A stretch of 64,000 nt of DNA, taken from the NCBI RefSeq assembly GCF_006345805.1, contig NC_042998.1, positions 151,032,001-151,096,000 of the forward strand, in the 5' to 3' direction. Both the position numbers and the translations under genes were made by a program. The stretch is from Octopus sinensis. Taxonomy: Eukaryota. The notes below the pieces were generated by a model that was not told the DNA's origin, searched no databases, and saw only the letters and a program-made list of their open reading frames with translations. Below, piece after piece: positions 11,775-24,650 of this stretch; position 1 is the first letter of the stretch, and every line of letters begins with the position of its first letter.

Positions 11775-12058
11775 CTATATATGTGTGTGTGTGTATGTAT
11801 GTATGTATGTATGTATGTATGTATGTATGTATGTATGTATGTATGTATGTGTGTGTATATGTTTGTGTGTCTGTGTTTGTCCCCCCAACATCGCTTGACA
11901 ACGGATGCTAGTGTGTTTACGTCCCCGTAGCAGTTCGGCAAAAGAGACCAATAGAATAAGTACTAGGCTTACAAAAAGTCGTGAGGTCGATTTGTTCGAC
12001 TAAGGGAGGTGCTCCAGCATTGCCGCAGTCAAATAACTGAAATAAATAGAGTATTAAA
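11573..12058 (+). mobile_element. tRNA-derived SINE family A, full length, with internal microsatellite
   Basis: A-box ggctgtgtgg, B-box-like gggttcagtccc, cttgggcaagtgtctt core, central (TA)n/(TGTA)n, tail ggtgctccagcat..gcagtc..actgaaa. Many copies in the window. Confidence 0.85.
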
Positions 12059-12125
12059 AAAATTTTTTTCCTCTGTCTTCCCTTCTCGGGATCTTACCTT
12101 CTATATTATTATTATTATTATTATT

Positions 12126-12565
12126 GAGTGAGAGAGCAGTGCATGTCATCAAAGTGACACTGGGATAAAATATACAAAGCCCAGTATACCTATCATGACT
12201 ACCCGTCTGATAAGGGTACACCAGGCACATGCATCACAACCATATGTGCGCGACATGGTGATCTCATATCAATATAAACAGCGCATGACCTTGCAGGTGA
12301 GGCCCGGTTAGAATTTTCTAAAGGTCCCTGAATAAGGGTAGTTTATGGATGTTGAAAGAACCACCCATGTTTCCAAAGGTGAATTATTCAAGCCTCTAAG
12401 AATTCCTTTCAACACACGGCTATGATGCTCCCATGCTACTTGATCAGAGATGCACATATCGTCAGCCACTAAGGGACATGGTCAACTGGTTATGGTCAAA
12501 CAACTGATAAGCAAATCTGTGGAATTGAGCAGAATATTTGCTGTAGCCCATCTTTTATACCAAGA

Positions 12566-12567
<2 letters not shown>
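12126..12567 (-). mobile_element. Non-coding repeat embedded in (TAA)n, probable 3' UTR of an R4/Dong-like retrotransposon
   Basis: A second copy at 57977-58506 has the same left terminus (gagtgag.gagcag) abutting (TTA)n and a different right end, which fits 5' truncation. Family assignment is inference. Confidence 0.55.
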
Positions 12568-12629
<62 letters not shown>

Positions 12630-12632
12630 GCA

Positions 12633-14720
12633 TTTATTGATCACTAGGGCCGACATACAGGGGACAATACAGTAGACATGGACTGTGGTAATTTTACACA
12701 AAAACAACGAGTACACAATTAAAACAATATTAGTAATATCAAACAAAAAGAATGTAGCAATGAAAGTTCCCCAATAGCGGTGGGGGGAACCACCTGGAGT
12801 TGGCCCTGGTACCCCACCAATCCTGAACCACTCGACACTTAGAGAGCATCTGGGAAAAGCATCCTTCTCCTTCTCAAATACACTAGCCTACAAGCGCATT
12901 ATTAGAGTAGGTCCACTCATACGGGCCATTTCGCTACATTTACCCACCTTTTAGCAAATGCACCGGGAGGCAGTACTTCTTTCTCCATCCTCATTTTCCT
13001 TTCCAAGTGAAATTTGAAAAAGTTGATGAGAGATTGACTGAGGAGAAAAGTGTTTATCTTCAATCCTTTCAACCTGGTCCAACATAAAACCTCTTTTGCT
13101 ACTGCTATGTGACAGAGGAAAATTACCTGCCCTTCCGGACCGATGGAAGGTGGCGGATTGACCTTCACAATGCCCTCGGCTGATACCTGAATCCGTGCTA
13201 CACGTGATAACAGCTGTTCAACATAACTCCACAAGTCAGTAATGCAAGGACACTGGACGAGTGCGCGCAGAACGGTTTAGTCGCTCTGCATGCATCTCGG
13301 GCAGGTCCGTCTAACAGCACTTCTGTGCATGTAGAGAACCGGCAGTGCCCTCGGAAGCCTGCCAAGATTTCTGGAAGCTATCCCTCGTCCCCGGCTCGAA
13401 AGTCCTCCTGAACAGACTGGTCAGTTCGATTTCGTCTGATCGCATTACCCGACTGGTTGAGAGCAGTGAGTGCCTGGTAATATTCCAGATGCCAGTCACT
13501 CTGTCTCGGTCTCTTCTTGACCCAGGACTGCAACTCAGTCAAGGAAACGAGCTGGGGAAAGGCCTGTTTGACAAACGGTGACCACACCTGTTCACCGTTT
13601 AGGCAGAATATCTGGAGATGCCGCAGCCTCAGCCTAGTCTGCGCATCATTAGCGACGGCATTCCCAGCTGTCCGCATAGAGATGGACCGTCTCACCAATG
13701 CAACCAGTCCACTGCACAAGAATTTGAAGCGGCGCTCCAGCTTGGCGAAGCGCGAATGAGGGCAAAGCATGACGGTCGCAATGTATACATTCACCACTTC
13801 CACCCAACCTTTCAGTGACAGCTTCTTCATCGCCAATTTCTGGGTGAGACTGGCTACCCTACTCGTCACCTTGTCCCAATTCTTATACACCTGGAGGTCT
13901 GGTCCCAAATAAACCCCATGCAGCTTTACCGGTCCGTCCATCCAGTGCCCAACGACACTGTTGGACGGCATGAACTTGCCGCTCCAGGTGCCGAGTTGGA
14001 AGCCCAACGACTATTCCGAGTTAAGTTTTGCTCCCGTCAACTTTTCATTTTCCTCCAATGATGTTCCGACCACCTCGATTTCTGAGGTTCCGACACCATC
14101 ACGGTGATATCGTCTGCATACGCTGACACAGCCCTCCTGCATCACAGTTCGAGTGGGATGCCCTGTAGTAGGTCCAGCTTCCGCAATAAAGACTTAAGAG
14201 TCAACACATACTGATGGGAGGTGAGAGGGCACCTTTGACGGACCGATCGGGAGATCTGAAACGGTTCCGACGGGTGGCCATTAACTTTGACCACCGAGCA
14301 GATGCCGCTGTGTATTGCAGCGATCCAACGTCTGAAGACGAAGCGGAAGCCTGCCGCTTTGAGGACAGCCTCTAGATAACAATAGTTGACCCTATCGAAT
14401 GCTTTCGATTTATCTAAATCGATCAGCGCCCTCCCGAATCCAGGTTTACACCCTACACTTTCTGTGATGTATCGCATGAGGTGAAGGTTGTTGTGTATGG
14501 ACCTAGTCGGGATTGCACAAGTTTGCACCTCCCAAATCAAATCCTCGATGACAAGCGCTAACATCTTCGTTAACACCTTGGCCAAAATCTTAAACTGTAT
14601 GTTAAGCATAATTATAGGCCTGAAGTTATCTAATATATCTCTTTTGTTGTCGTCTTTCCTTATCAGCGCTACTACACCCGGCTCACAGAACTGGAAATAC
14701 TCCCGTTCTGCTACCAGTTG
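12633..14720 (-). mobile_element. 5'-truncated Tx1/L1-clade LINE (RT + C-terminal Cys motif), degenerate
   Basis: KILAKVL, QTCAIPTRSIHNNL, DLDKSKAFDRVN, SVRQRCPL, AYADD (~14110-14124), CPRC..E/T..VQC (~13250-13305), AATAAA at the 3' end. Confidence 0.9.
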
Positions 14721-14734
14721 CAGTAGAGCGCTTC

Positions 14735-15264
14735 AAGGAGATCAGAGAACAAGTCTGACCTATGTACGTAAAGTACATAGGCGAAGAGGCTAGACATTAT
14801 ATTGAAGGACGTCAGACAAATATTGTGCCTCCTCATTGATATGACTCTCTCAGTCGGCATAAATATATCTATCAAGACCGCCCCAAACCTGAGCAAGTAT
14901 AAAGATTTTGAAATAGAAATTAGCAAAATGTGGAACCTGAAGACTATGACAATACTTGCTGTCATAGGTGCCCTGGGAATCATAGCAAAAGGGGTTGATT
15001 GCTACCTTCAGAGCTGATATCAGAATGGAGTTCGGACTGAGAAAGTGTGGTGTGTTAGTCTTGAAGAGAGGCAAAATCAAATGTATGGACGGGCTAACGA
15101 TACCGTCGGGGGAGGTTATGAAACAGATAGAAGAGACGGGCTATAAGTACTTGGGGATTTTGGAAATGGATAAATTGATGGAGAAAGAAATGATAGAAAA
15201 ATTTAAGGTGGAGTACTGGCGCAGACTGAGACTGATCCTTAAGTCGAAATTAAATGGACGAAAT
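14735..15264 (+). mobile_element. Two R4/Dong-clade fragments in scrambled order (REL endonuclease piece, then late RT piece)
   Basis: LLIDMT..SKYKDFEIEISKMWNLKT..VIGALG, followed by DIRMEFGLRKC..KRGK..YKYLGILE..EYWRRLRLILKSKLNGRN. Confidence 0.8.
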
Positions 15265-15645
15265 CTCCCAGAACACCAAAAGTAAGTGCCCTTTGCAATT
15301 ACGTCTCTCTGACTCAGGTTTACACTTAGAGAGGTACCATCCGCTCTTGCTATTTTCACAGCTTTCACCCGCCTTTCAATAAACTCATTCGAGGACAGCA
15401 CTTCCCTCCGCACCCTCAGTTTCATCTTCAAGTGAAACTTGAAGAAGTCAATAATAGCTCTACCAAAGAGGAATGTATTTGTCTCCATGCCTTTCAGCCT
15501 CGTCTACCAGACAACTGTTTTCACCATAGCCACCAGGCAAAGGAAGAATGCCTTGCCTGCCTGATTAAAGGAGGGCTACGGGGCAATCATCACAATGGAC
15601 TCGACCGATAGACATATCCGTCCCACACATGACAGCAACTGTGTC
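15265..15645 (-). mobile_element. Second Tx1-like 3' fragment
   Basis: IIDFFKFHLKMKLRVRREVL matches LINFFKFHLERKMRMEKEVL of the 12.9-13.2 kb copy. Confidence 0.75.
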
Positions 15646-15869
15646 AGTGGAGGACTAACACTTTAGCAGCAACAATTATCTGTGGGAATAAGCAGATTTG
15701 ATGGCGTTGAATTAAAGTTTAGTGGTGCTAGGCTGGATTGTCAGCATGGATGTAACTGTAGTCTTTACAAACAGCTGAGTTTAAGTTCCAGGCCCTTCTG
15801 TATGGAGCAACATCTTCCATGCCCTTCTGTATGGAGGTATATCTAGATTGTCAGATGCCAACGGCTTCA

Positions 15870-16800
15870 ATTTTGCTATCACGATGTACCTCTGGTAACA
15901 AGTATAAGATAATTCAATCTTCCTGCTGATGGATATTACAGATTGGTGGAATATGTGTTGTCTCTCCCAAAGGTAGATGTAGCAATTGCGAATTCAAGGC
16001 GAGTATGGAGGGGCCCCCACAATGATATTCCATTCGATATTGATGACGTCGTTCTGATGACCGCGGAATCTCCAGATAGGTGGAGTTTTACCTATCCTTG
16101 CATCTGAAGAACTGCATATGCTTGTATACCTTTCCTTAAAATCCTTGGCTTACATGCCGTATAGTGTCTTGTAATGCCATCATATGTAGTGAAGGAGGAG
16201 GCTCTATAGACTGTAGCCCTTGAGATGCAGGATCTTTCCAGTAGACATTGGTAGGTTACTGGTTGGTGTGTGCAGTTAGAAGCAATGTAATCTAAGCAGG
16301 AGTAACTGATTTTAACTTGGGTGGGGGTGCTGAAAGTTTATATTAATATGGATTTTAGTGAAATATTTTTAATTAACATCAGGAAGCTCCTCTAGGAAAA
16401 ATGAAGGACTAGAGCAGATTATCTTTCTTTCTGACTCTCTTTGGGCAGGGATGGGTGTCCTCCATATATACTAACTTCTCAGTTAATCCACTCTGTGTTG
16501 ATGCTCTGTTATAATGGGAGGTGGTCTGTTGAAAATCTGTCTATCCGCTGATAGTTTAGAAATTCTTTAACTTATGCCTGTGACTAGGGCTCTAATTAAA
16601 CACAGTGTCCTCGTTTAGCTTCCTGTGAGTATAGTACTTGCTCATCTTGTCTAGTGTTACAACCAGGAATTCAACCTTTGTTAAATTGGGGGTGACTGTT
16701 TGGACAGGCAGAGATCTTTGAAAATCTTTATCAAATCCTTCTTGAACATGTTAATGGTGTAACCCTTCATATTGCTTGAAATCGGGAGATCTCTTCCGTT
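15870..16800 (-). mobile_element. Highly degenerate Penelope-like element, Hydra-type lineage (late RT, thumb, GIY-YIG)
   Basis: Manual translation of the minus strand gives KKDLIKIFKDL, NLTKVEFLVVTLD, KRISKLSADRQIFN, SGLTEKLVY, VKISYSC, TVYRAS, FKERY and IEWNII..PY..C, with many stops and frameshifts. Confidence 0.65.
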
Positions 16801-16801
16801 G

Positions 16802-16851
<50 letters not shown>

Positions 16852-17238
16852 CTAACAATTAAAGGTAATGCTATGCAACTTTGTAGTAATCCTTATTATT
16901 GATATTGTTAATATATATACACACAGAAAATTTTCCAAATTAGATTGGTAGGGATATACAATCTAGCGGGTACCGTATTAGATTTTACCGGTTAATAATG
17001 CTGGGTAACCTCCGTGTGCGTATACTCCAGTTAATTTATTTTACTATCCACAGTAGATCTTCACATGGGTAAATCCATATGTCCTTATCTTGTTGGTAGA
17101 GAAGAAATAATAAATTAATAATAAGGAGTCTAGCGATTTATATATCCAGTTTTATTCTGCTGTCAATCATGTCTTTCCATTTCTGCACCTACACATGTTT
17201 CTGCTGCGATTTTGAGCACACACGTGCGCGCGCACACC

Positions 17239-18317
17239 AACATATATATATATATATAGGGAGAGTTTACGAAAAAAAAAAAAAAGACGGACGAAGACAG
17301 GTGGTGTGCAAAACAAACAGATGTATTAGTATAACACTCAGGAATAGAAAAAGTCTTTTACGTTTCGAGCCTACGCTTTTCTACAGAAAGGGACACAGAA
17401 AAAAAAGGAAAAAAAATCTGGACTCGGACAGAAGGGTCACACATGAGAATGAAAGTAGGGAAGATAACAAAGTAAATATGATCCCCAACACGAAGGTGCG
17501 TGTGTGTATAAGAGAGTATGTATGTGCGTGTGAAAGAGGGCTGGTGGACTGGACGTTTGCGTGTATGTATGTGTAGGTGTGAAAATGTGGGGATGGGTGT
17601 GTGGGTGGTGTGTTGTAATGTGATGTGTAATGTTGTATGGTGTATTGTGGTGTGGTGTGATGTTGTTGGGAGGTGGGAGAGGCGAGAGTGGAGAAAGCAC
17701 GGGTGGGATGTAGGTTCGGCTGAGGGTTGGGGTAGAGTTGGGGTTTGTGGGTAGGCAGAGAGTGGGGGTAGAGGTGGGGTATGTGGGAGAGGGTCTGTGG
17801 GATAGGATGGGGGATGGGATGGGGTGGGAAGGATAGGGAAGGTGGAGTAGGAATGTGTAGGTGTGGGTGGGCTTATGGGGGAGGGAAGGTGGGTATGTGA
17901 GGAGAGAGAGGAGGAGAGAAGAGAGAGAGAGTAAGAGAGAAGAGAGAAGAGAGAAAGAGAGAAGAGAGAAGAGGGAAAGAGAGCAGGGGTGAAGAAAAGT
18001 AGGAGTGAAGAGAAGTGGGAGTGAAGAGAAGTAGGAGTCGGGGCAAGAGAGGAAAGTTGGGTGGGAGGAAGTAGGAGGGAGGGGGAGAGAGGCAAGGGGG
18101 GAGAGTTGAGCCCAAATGGCGTAAAGGAGCGAAGAGAGAAGATTAATCCTTGTTCACGACGCAAACGGGAGTCCGGATGGCCTCTGTGCAAGGACAAACC
18201 GAACATAGACAGGTGTTGCAAAGAGTGACCGGTAGAGCGGAAATGGCGTGAGACCGGGGTGTCATTGCCGAGGCGGATGTCTCGGAGGTGTCCTGCGAAC
18301 CGGTCAGACAAGCGGCG

Positions 18318-18318
<1 letters not shown>
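17239..18318 (-). mobile_element. 5'-truncated Neptune-like PLE (GIY-YIG C-terminal half, pyrimidine-rich 3' region, terminal hammerhead)
   Basis: RLSDRFAGHLRDI..PVSRHF..GH..R..REQ.LIF.L....PFGLN. (TA)n on both flanks. Homologous to 21606-22953. Confidence 0.85.
17355..17390 (-). ncRNA. Hammerhead-like motif (U6 core variant)
   Basis: CUUU-CUGUAGA-A-AAGC(GUAG)GCUC-GAAACGUA-AAAG. The closing pair of stem II is mismatched. Confidence 0.55.
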
Positions 18319-18359
<41 letters not shown>

Positions 18360-19749
18360 CTTGGAGGAATTAATCAGTCTGCATTTAGGATTAGAAAGGA
18401 ATTTGGGTAAATGATCCTTAAGTGTAATAGAGAGGACGTGCGTAGAAGAGTGGACAAAAGAAAAACATCTGCTTCTGTTCCCTTCGCTGATACAACTTAA
18501 TTAGGAACCGATTTATACGTCAATGAACAAAATCCAGAAAGAAGTCAGCTGGGATAAAAAATTGCCGAAGAATTCAATATTTTGTCTGCTAGTGATAGAC
18601 AGTTCCAACAAACTTGATGACCTTATCAGTGATTGGACCAGATAATTAAGGATCACCCTAACATTAATGAACGCTTCTAAATTAGTGTCGATTTAATGAG
18701 AACTTTCACTGTGCCGCAATCGCACCACCACAATTAGCAACAGCTAAGATCCATCGAAATAAGGGGAAACGGGATTTGTTATAAAAAGCAGTTGAATATC
18801 TTCAATAGATTTCACAGCTTATTGTTCTATAAAAAAAAAAGGAAAAAAACACATTTGAGCATGTAGTCTTAGATACTCTGTGTCACATTAAAAGCTCAGA
18901 TGGGCACAGCTAAACACCATAGTTCTGCTGAATTAGGTCTGACCTGCAGCTAAACAACATTAAACTTTCACCGAAAGAATATGTGAAAGAATGTATGAAA
19001 ATAGACGCCGTGGTTGTGGCTGGAATATTTTTGATTTGTAGACCCACAGGATCGAATCTTATCTGAGGTTAAACAAACACAAGATGTCATATCAGTGAGG
19101 GTGTAATATGAGTAATTAAATATAATATAGTAGTAGTAGTAGAGACTCAAAGAACTAGATATCCTTAGGGTGTTATGAATTGGGTTACTAGACTTATTTT
19201 CAGACTACCCCTGATTATTGTCAGGGTGCCACTCATTCTACCGTAAAATCTGTAAATGTAACTTCTTGTTTGTTCCCATAAAAAAAGAAAAGCACTTGAT
19301 TAATGAAAATGTGTGAAGCCTGCAGACAAGATTCCAAAATCAATCAATGACCTCAGATCCGAATAAAGAATGTATTTTTATGGTGACTTACATGTCATAT
19401 ATTTCTGATATTCTACGAGTCGAGCACTGAGTTCGGTGTAATCGACTTAGACCCAGGCACAAAATTACTGGCCTTGTGTCAAAATTGGAAAGCAATAATC
19501 AATATTCATAGTTCGAGTTTTATTTCTTAGAATCATCATCTTAGCTGGTCAGCCTTCTCCGCACGATCTTTCCCTCCAGCCATTTCCTTCTTTGACACGA
19601 TGCACTGATTTTCGCTGGTCCCAGCGGGAGCACTGTACGTAACCCGGAGCTGAGAAGGTCGATTCTAAAGTGGTTTACCGCGTAGATCAAAATTTTGGAA
19701 ATCTTAGCAAAACACCACAGCTAGGTTATCTATCTATCTATCTATCTAT

Positions 19750-19811
<62 letters not shown>

Positions 19812-19816
19812 AATCA

Positions 19817-19889
<73 letters not shown>

Positions 19890-19890
19890 C

Positions 19891-19932
<42 letters not shown>

Positions 19933-19950
19933 TATATCTATATATATATT

Positions 19951-19983
<33 letters not shown>

Positions 19984-20039
19984 ATGCGTATATACATACG
20001 TATATATACATACTTATATCTATACGTATATATAAGCAT

Positions 20040-20590
20040 ATGTGGGGACAGGACTTCATGAAACGTGTGTAACAAAAATGTATGAAGCACGAGTACATGG
20101 AACATGAACTATTCTTTCGAACAACGAAAGACACAAATGGAAAACAAAACAAACATAGAGAACGAGCATTCATTAGTTGTTGGCTGTTTCTCTAGTCTCG
20201 TATTTCGAGCATTTAACAATAATATACGCTTTCGATAAAACCGTTGATCCCGCAAAGCAAATTAATAAAATTTGGGATTTTGCGGAGGGTCAAAATAGTT
20301 AACACGAACAGGATAGTGAAAACAAACAGGAAGGGCTGCTAAGCCTAAACGAGGTTGTGGTGGCGAACGCGTAAATCAAACTACGACAGGAGACAAGCAA
20401 GAACACGTCTTCCTTGTTCAAGCTACAATGGAGAGAAAGAAAGATGACTTACAGTCACGTGGGAGCCACGTGAGCAACGGATGAGGAATGAAGGAGAGAG
20501 AGTGACAGAGTAAAAAGATAGAATAGTGGGAGAAGAGGAGGCAAAAGAATAAGAGAGAGAAAAACGAAAGTGTAAAAAGATAGTATAGAG
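20040..20590 (-). mobile_element. Non-coding repeat related to the 8.4-9.5 kb direct-repeat family
   Basis: Similar architecture on the opposite strand (purine-rich block, gctttgcggga..ttcgaaa motif). Flanked by TA tracts. Confidence 0.45.
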
Positions 20591-20727
20591 AGCGTATATA
20601 TATATATATATATTATCTAAATCTATATCTATATATATACATATGTGTGTGTGTGTGTGTGTGTGCGTGTGTGTGTGTGTGTAAAAGCTTAGTTTTGATA
20701 AACGCTGCGTTGCATTCAATTATAAAT

Positions 20728-21427
20728 AATTAAAAATACACATTAAGTACAGGACATCACCAGCGAGTGAAAAATACGTAAACACACGAGAGAAAAGTAG
20801 AGGACAAAATACCGGAGGAAGTCTAACTCCTCAGTTGTCGACTGTTTGTTATTACCTGTTTCGTACTTTTAACGGCAAGACAGGAAAACTTCATAAGACA
20901 GCAGCATCCAGAAATTTTGAAAATATAAAATTTGTGGAGAGTTAGGACTTCGAAACGAACAAACGACACTAGAATGGATGTACAGAGCAAACAATCGACG
21001 AAGACAGACATTAAGAGCCGTTAGGCAAAGACAAATTGTAATGAGTAACACCTGGGAGAAACTTTTAAAGGAAATAGAATAAATAGAAGAGAAAAATAGA
21101 AAAGAAAAAGTAGTAAGAGAGAATAGTAGAAGAGAAAAAATATCGAGAAGCGAGAGAAATTAACGTCCAGTTGGCTAGACGTCCCATCCCCAAAAGTGAG
21201 AGAGACGGGGAAAATGGCTTCTAGTCATGTGTGATCAACAGGCAGAGGGGAAGGGGGACAACAGATAGGAGAAGGAATCTCTGTGTTTACGTATTTTTCA
21301 CTCGTTAGTATTATCCTGTACTTAATGCGGGTTTTTTTTAATGTTTTTGTACTTTTCTGTACTTATTTGCCGTGTACTTATTTTTCACTCGCTGGTGATG
21401 TCCTGTACTTAATGTGTATTTTTAATT
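20728..21427. repeat. Non-coding element with ~49 bp terminal inverted repeats (fold-back 3' end)
   Basis: aattaaaaatacacattaagtacaggacatcaccagcgagtgaaaaata at 20728, with its reverse complement at 21379-21427 and a diverged extra inverted copy at ~21280-21330. Confidence 0.8.
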
Positions 21428-21430
21428 TTA

Positions 21431-21556
21431 TCTCTACATTATAATTCTGAAATGCGAAAAGTGTATTTGTTTGTCTGGTTTTGGCATTGAGAACGGGTTA
21501 AAGGCCCTAGATCCCGTCGGATTGACTCCAAAATTTACAGGGACTTGTAAAATGTA
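21431..21556 (+). mobile_element. Helitron-like 5' terminal fragment
   Basis: a|TCTCTACATTTATAATTCTGAAATGCG... is nearly identical to the reverse complement of 34258-34382 and related to 63226+. Confidence 0.55.
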
Positions 21557-21568
21557 TATATATATATA

Positions 21569-21605
<37 letters not shown>

Positions 21606-21606
<1 letters not shown>

Positions 21607-22951
21607 CGTTAAGCTTTATGAAAATAAACAAAAGACGAAGGCAGGTGGAAGACAAACGAACAATTGTATTAGTATGGCGCTCAGGAAATATAAATAAAAC
21701 AAGTCTTTAACGTTTCGAGCCTACGCTCTTCAACAGAAAGATACACAGAGAGAAAAAACACAGAAAGAAGGAGAAAAAAAAATTGCGTGCAGTAGCTAAC
21801 GAATCAACATGGCGATCTGATTTCGGCCAGAGGTCAAAGATCAAACATGAGACGCGAGAGCGAAATAAGGGGAGATAATAGGGTTGATAAAGGGGGTTGA
21901 GTGACCAGCTAAAAGTGCGTGGGAGGGGTCTGGATGTGTGTATGTATAGGGTTGGTGTATGTATTAGTATGTATACGGGTGTGTGTGTGTGTGTATGAGA
22001 GAGTATTAGTGCGTAAGATTGGTCTGGACGTGCGTATGTATGGGGTTGGTGTATGTATTAGTATGTATTAGTATGTATTAGTACGTATTGGTATGTATAG
22101 GTGTGTGTGTGTGTGTGTGTGAGAGTATAAGTGCGTATGCGGGGTCTGGACGTGTGTATGTATAGGGTTGGTGTAAGTATTAGTATGTACTAGTATGTAT
22201 TAGTACGTATTAGTATGTATTAGTTGGTGTGTGTATTAGTATGGCACATCATATGTGATGTGATGTGTAAAGTCATGTGGTTGTAGTGAGGAGAAGAGGG
22301 GGAGGGGAGAAGAGGGGGAGAGAAGGGGAGGGAAAGAAGAGGGGGAGGAGAAGGGGGAAGAGGAGACGATGGGGAGAAAGGAAGGTGAGGAGGGGGATGA
22401 AGGAGGAAAGAGGGAGAGGGGGAGAGAGAGAAGGGGAGAGAGGGAGTGAGGAGCAGAGGGAAGGGGAAGAGGGAGGGAGAAAGAGGGGAAGAAGGGAAGG
22501 GGAGTAGAGGGTGAAAGGATGAAGGACTGAAGAAGTAGGGGTCGGGGGGAGAAAGGATAGGTGAGGAGGGGAGAGGGGTTAGATGAGGAGGGGGAAGTTG
22601 AGACCAAATGGCGTATAAGAGCGAAGAGAGAAGATTAATTCCTGTTCACGGCGCAAACGGGAATCCGGATGGCCTCTGTGTAAGACAACCGAACACAGAT
22701 AGGGGTGTTGCAAGGAGTGACCGGTGGAGCGGAAAGGGCGTGAGACCGTGTGTCGTTCGCAAGGTGGATGTCACGAAGGTGTTTCCGCGAACCGGTCAGC
22801 CAAGCGGGCGTCCGTTTTCCGATGTACAAGGAATTGCAGAGAGAGCAAGAGATGCAATAGATAATATTGCTGGAGGTGCAGGTGAAGGAGTGGATGATGG
22901 GATAGGGTCGATGGTGGGTGCTAGTGAGGCGGTGGTGTGGAGAGGTAAGGG

Positions 22952-22953
<2 letters not shown>
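21606..22953 (-). mobile_element. 5'-truncated Neptune-like PLE (frameshifted GIY-YIG, 3' end with hammerhead)
   Basis: Minus strand reads FTCTSSNIIYCISCSLCNSLYIG..HLRDIHLANDT..PFGLN. (TA)n on both sides. Confidence 0.85.
21705..21740 (-). ncRNA. Minimal hammerhead ribozyme (U6 core variant)
   Basis: CUUU-CUGUUGA-A-GAGC(GUAG)GCUC-GAAACGUU-AAAG. Confidence 0.65.
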
Positions 22954-23002
<49 letters not shown>

Positions 23003-23036
23003 TATATATATGTATAGGAGTGGCTGTGTGGTAAGT

Positions 23037-23087
23037 AGCTTCCTGATGATTTCATTTGAATGAAACAGTTCTAGTCCTGTAGAAGCT
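23037..23087 (+). ncRNA. Type I hammerhead ribozyme with a true stem III hairpin
   Basis: AGCUUC-CUGAUGA-UUUC(AUUU)GAAU-GAAACAG(UUCUAGUC)CUGUA-GAAGCU. Second copy at 52128-52178. Confidence 0.8.
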
Positions 23088-23172
23088 CCTTCTATAAAAT
23101 AAATTAATTTACTCTGCTATGTATTGAGTACCTTATTTACTGTGGTTAACCCCGACTCAACCCGGACCTACA

Positions 23173-23179
23173 TATATAT

Positions 23180-23261
<82 letters not shown>

Positions 23262-23597
23262 ATATATATATATATCTATATATATATATATATATAATAT
23301 ATGTATATATATAATATATCTATATATATCTATATACATATATATATATATATATGTATATATATATGTATATATGTATATATATATATGTATATATATA
23401 TATACATATATATATATGTATATATATGTATATATATATGTATATATATATATATGTTATATATATATATAATATATATATAAATATAATATATATATTA
23501 TGTATATATATAGATATATATATGTATGTATATTATATATATACATATATATGTATATATATATATATATGTATATATATATGTGTAATAAATATAT

Positions 23598-23640
<43 letters not shown>

Positions 23641-24182
23641 TTAATAAGGGTGAGAGAATTAGATACTAATTTAATAGTATATCTATTCAACACCATAATA
23701 ATCCAGGTTTCTCGGGGCACTGGCCACTTGGTGTTGAATAGATATACTATTAAATTAGTATCTAATTCTCTCACCCTTATTAATTAATTATAATTATGCT
23801 ACATTTATTCTAAATGTAGTATTTGTTTCCGTGAAAGTTTGGCGCGCTGTTGGTAGGGGCATTTGAATTATAACGTCGGATGTAATCAATTGAACCACAC
23901 GTGTATTTATCGTTATGGTAAAATCTGGCGTGTGATTGAGTGGATTTCATCCAGATAGTTTGGCTGAGGAGCTACAAGTGGATTTTTTGTGAGTAAAATT
24001 ACATTTAATTCATTAATAGCGAAACAATTGTCCCAAAATAATCTGTATTTTTGTTATTCTTTATTTGCCCTGTTCGTGTGAGCTAACAACCGTACTGACT
24101 TTCATGGGAACATGTATTTTTGTGGTTGAAACCGTTTGGATTTACTAGTGCTAGAGTGAGCCATATAGTGACCACTCTCTTA

Positions 24183-24231
<49 letters not shown>

Positions 24232-24265
24232 TATGTATATATATATATGTATATATATATATATG

Positions 24266-24296
<31 letters not shown>

Positions 24297-24302
24297 GATA
24301 TG

Positions 24303-24375
<73 letters not shown>

Positions 24376-24442
24376 GTGTGTATATATATGTATATATATA
24401 TAATAATGTATATATATATATGTATATATTTATATATATATG

Positions 24443-24487
<45 letters not shown>

Positions 24488-24490
24488 GTA

Positions 24491-24543
<53 letters not shown>

Positions 24544-24561
24544 GTATATATATATATATAG

Positions 24562-24614
<53 letters not shown>

Positions 24615-24650
24615 TCACTATGTATATACTATACACATATTTGAAGTATT
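23173..24650. repeat. Long degenerate (TA)n/(TATG)n tracts around a fold-back insert (23633-24185)
   Basis: ~60 bp perfect inverted arms at 23633-23693 / 23729-23791. Confidence 0.85.

Noticed and set aside
17358-18100. Long Pro/Ser/Leu/His C-terminal extension of the 317-aa ORF
   Set aside because: Low-complexity pyrimidine-rich 3' region read through after the GIY-YIG end, and not conserved as protein in the 22 kb sister copy.
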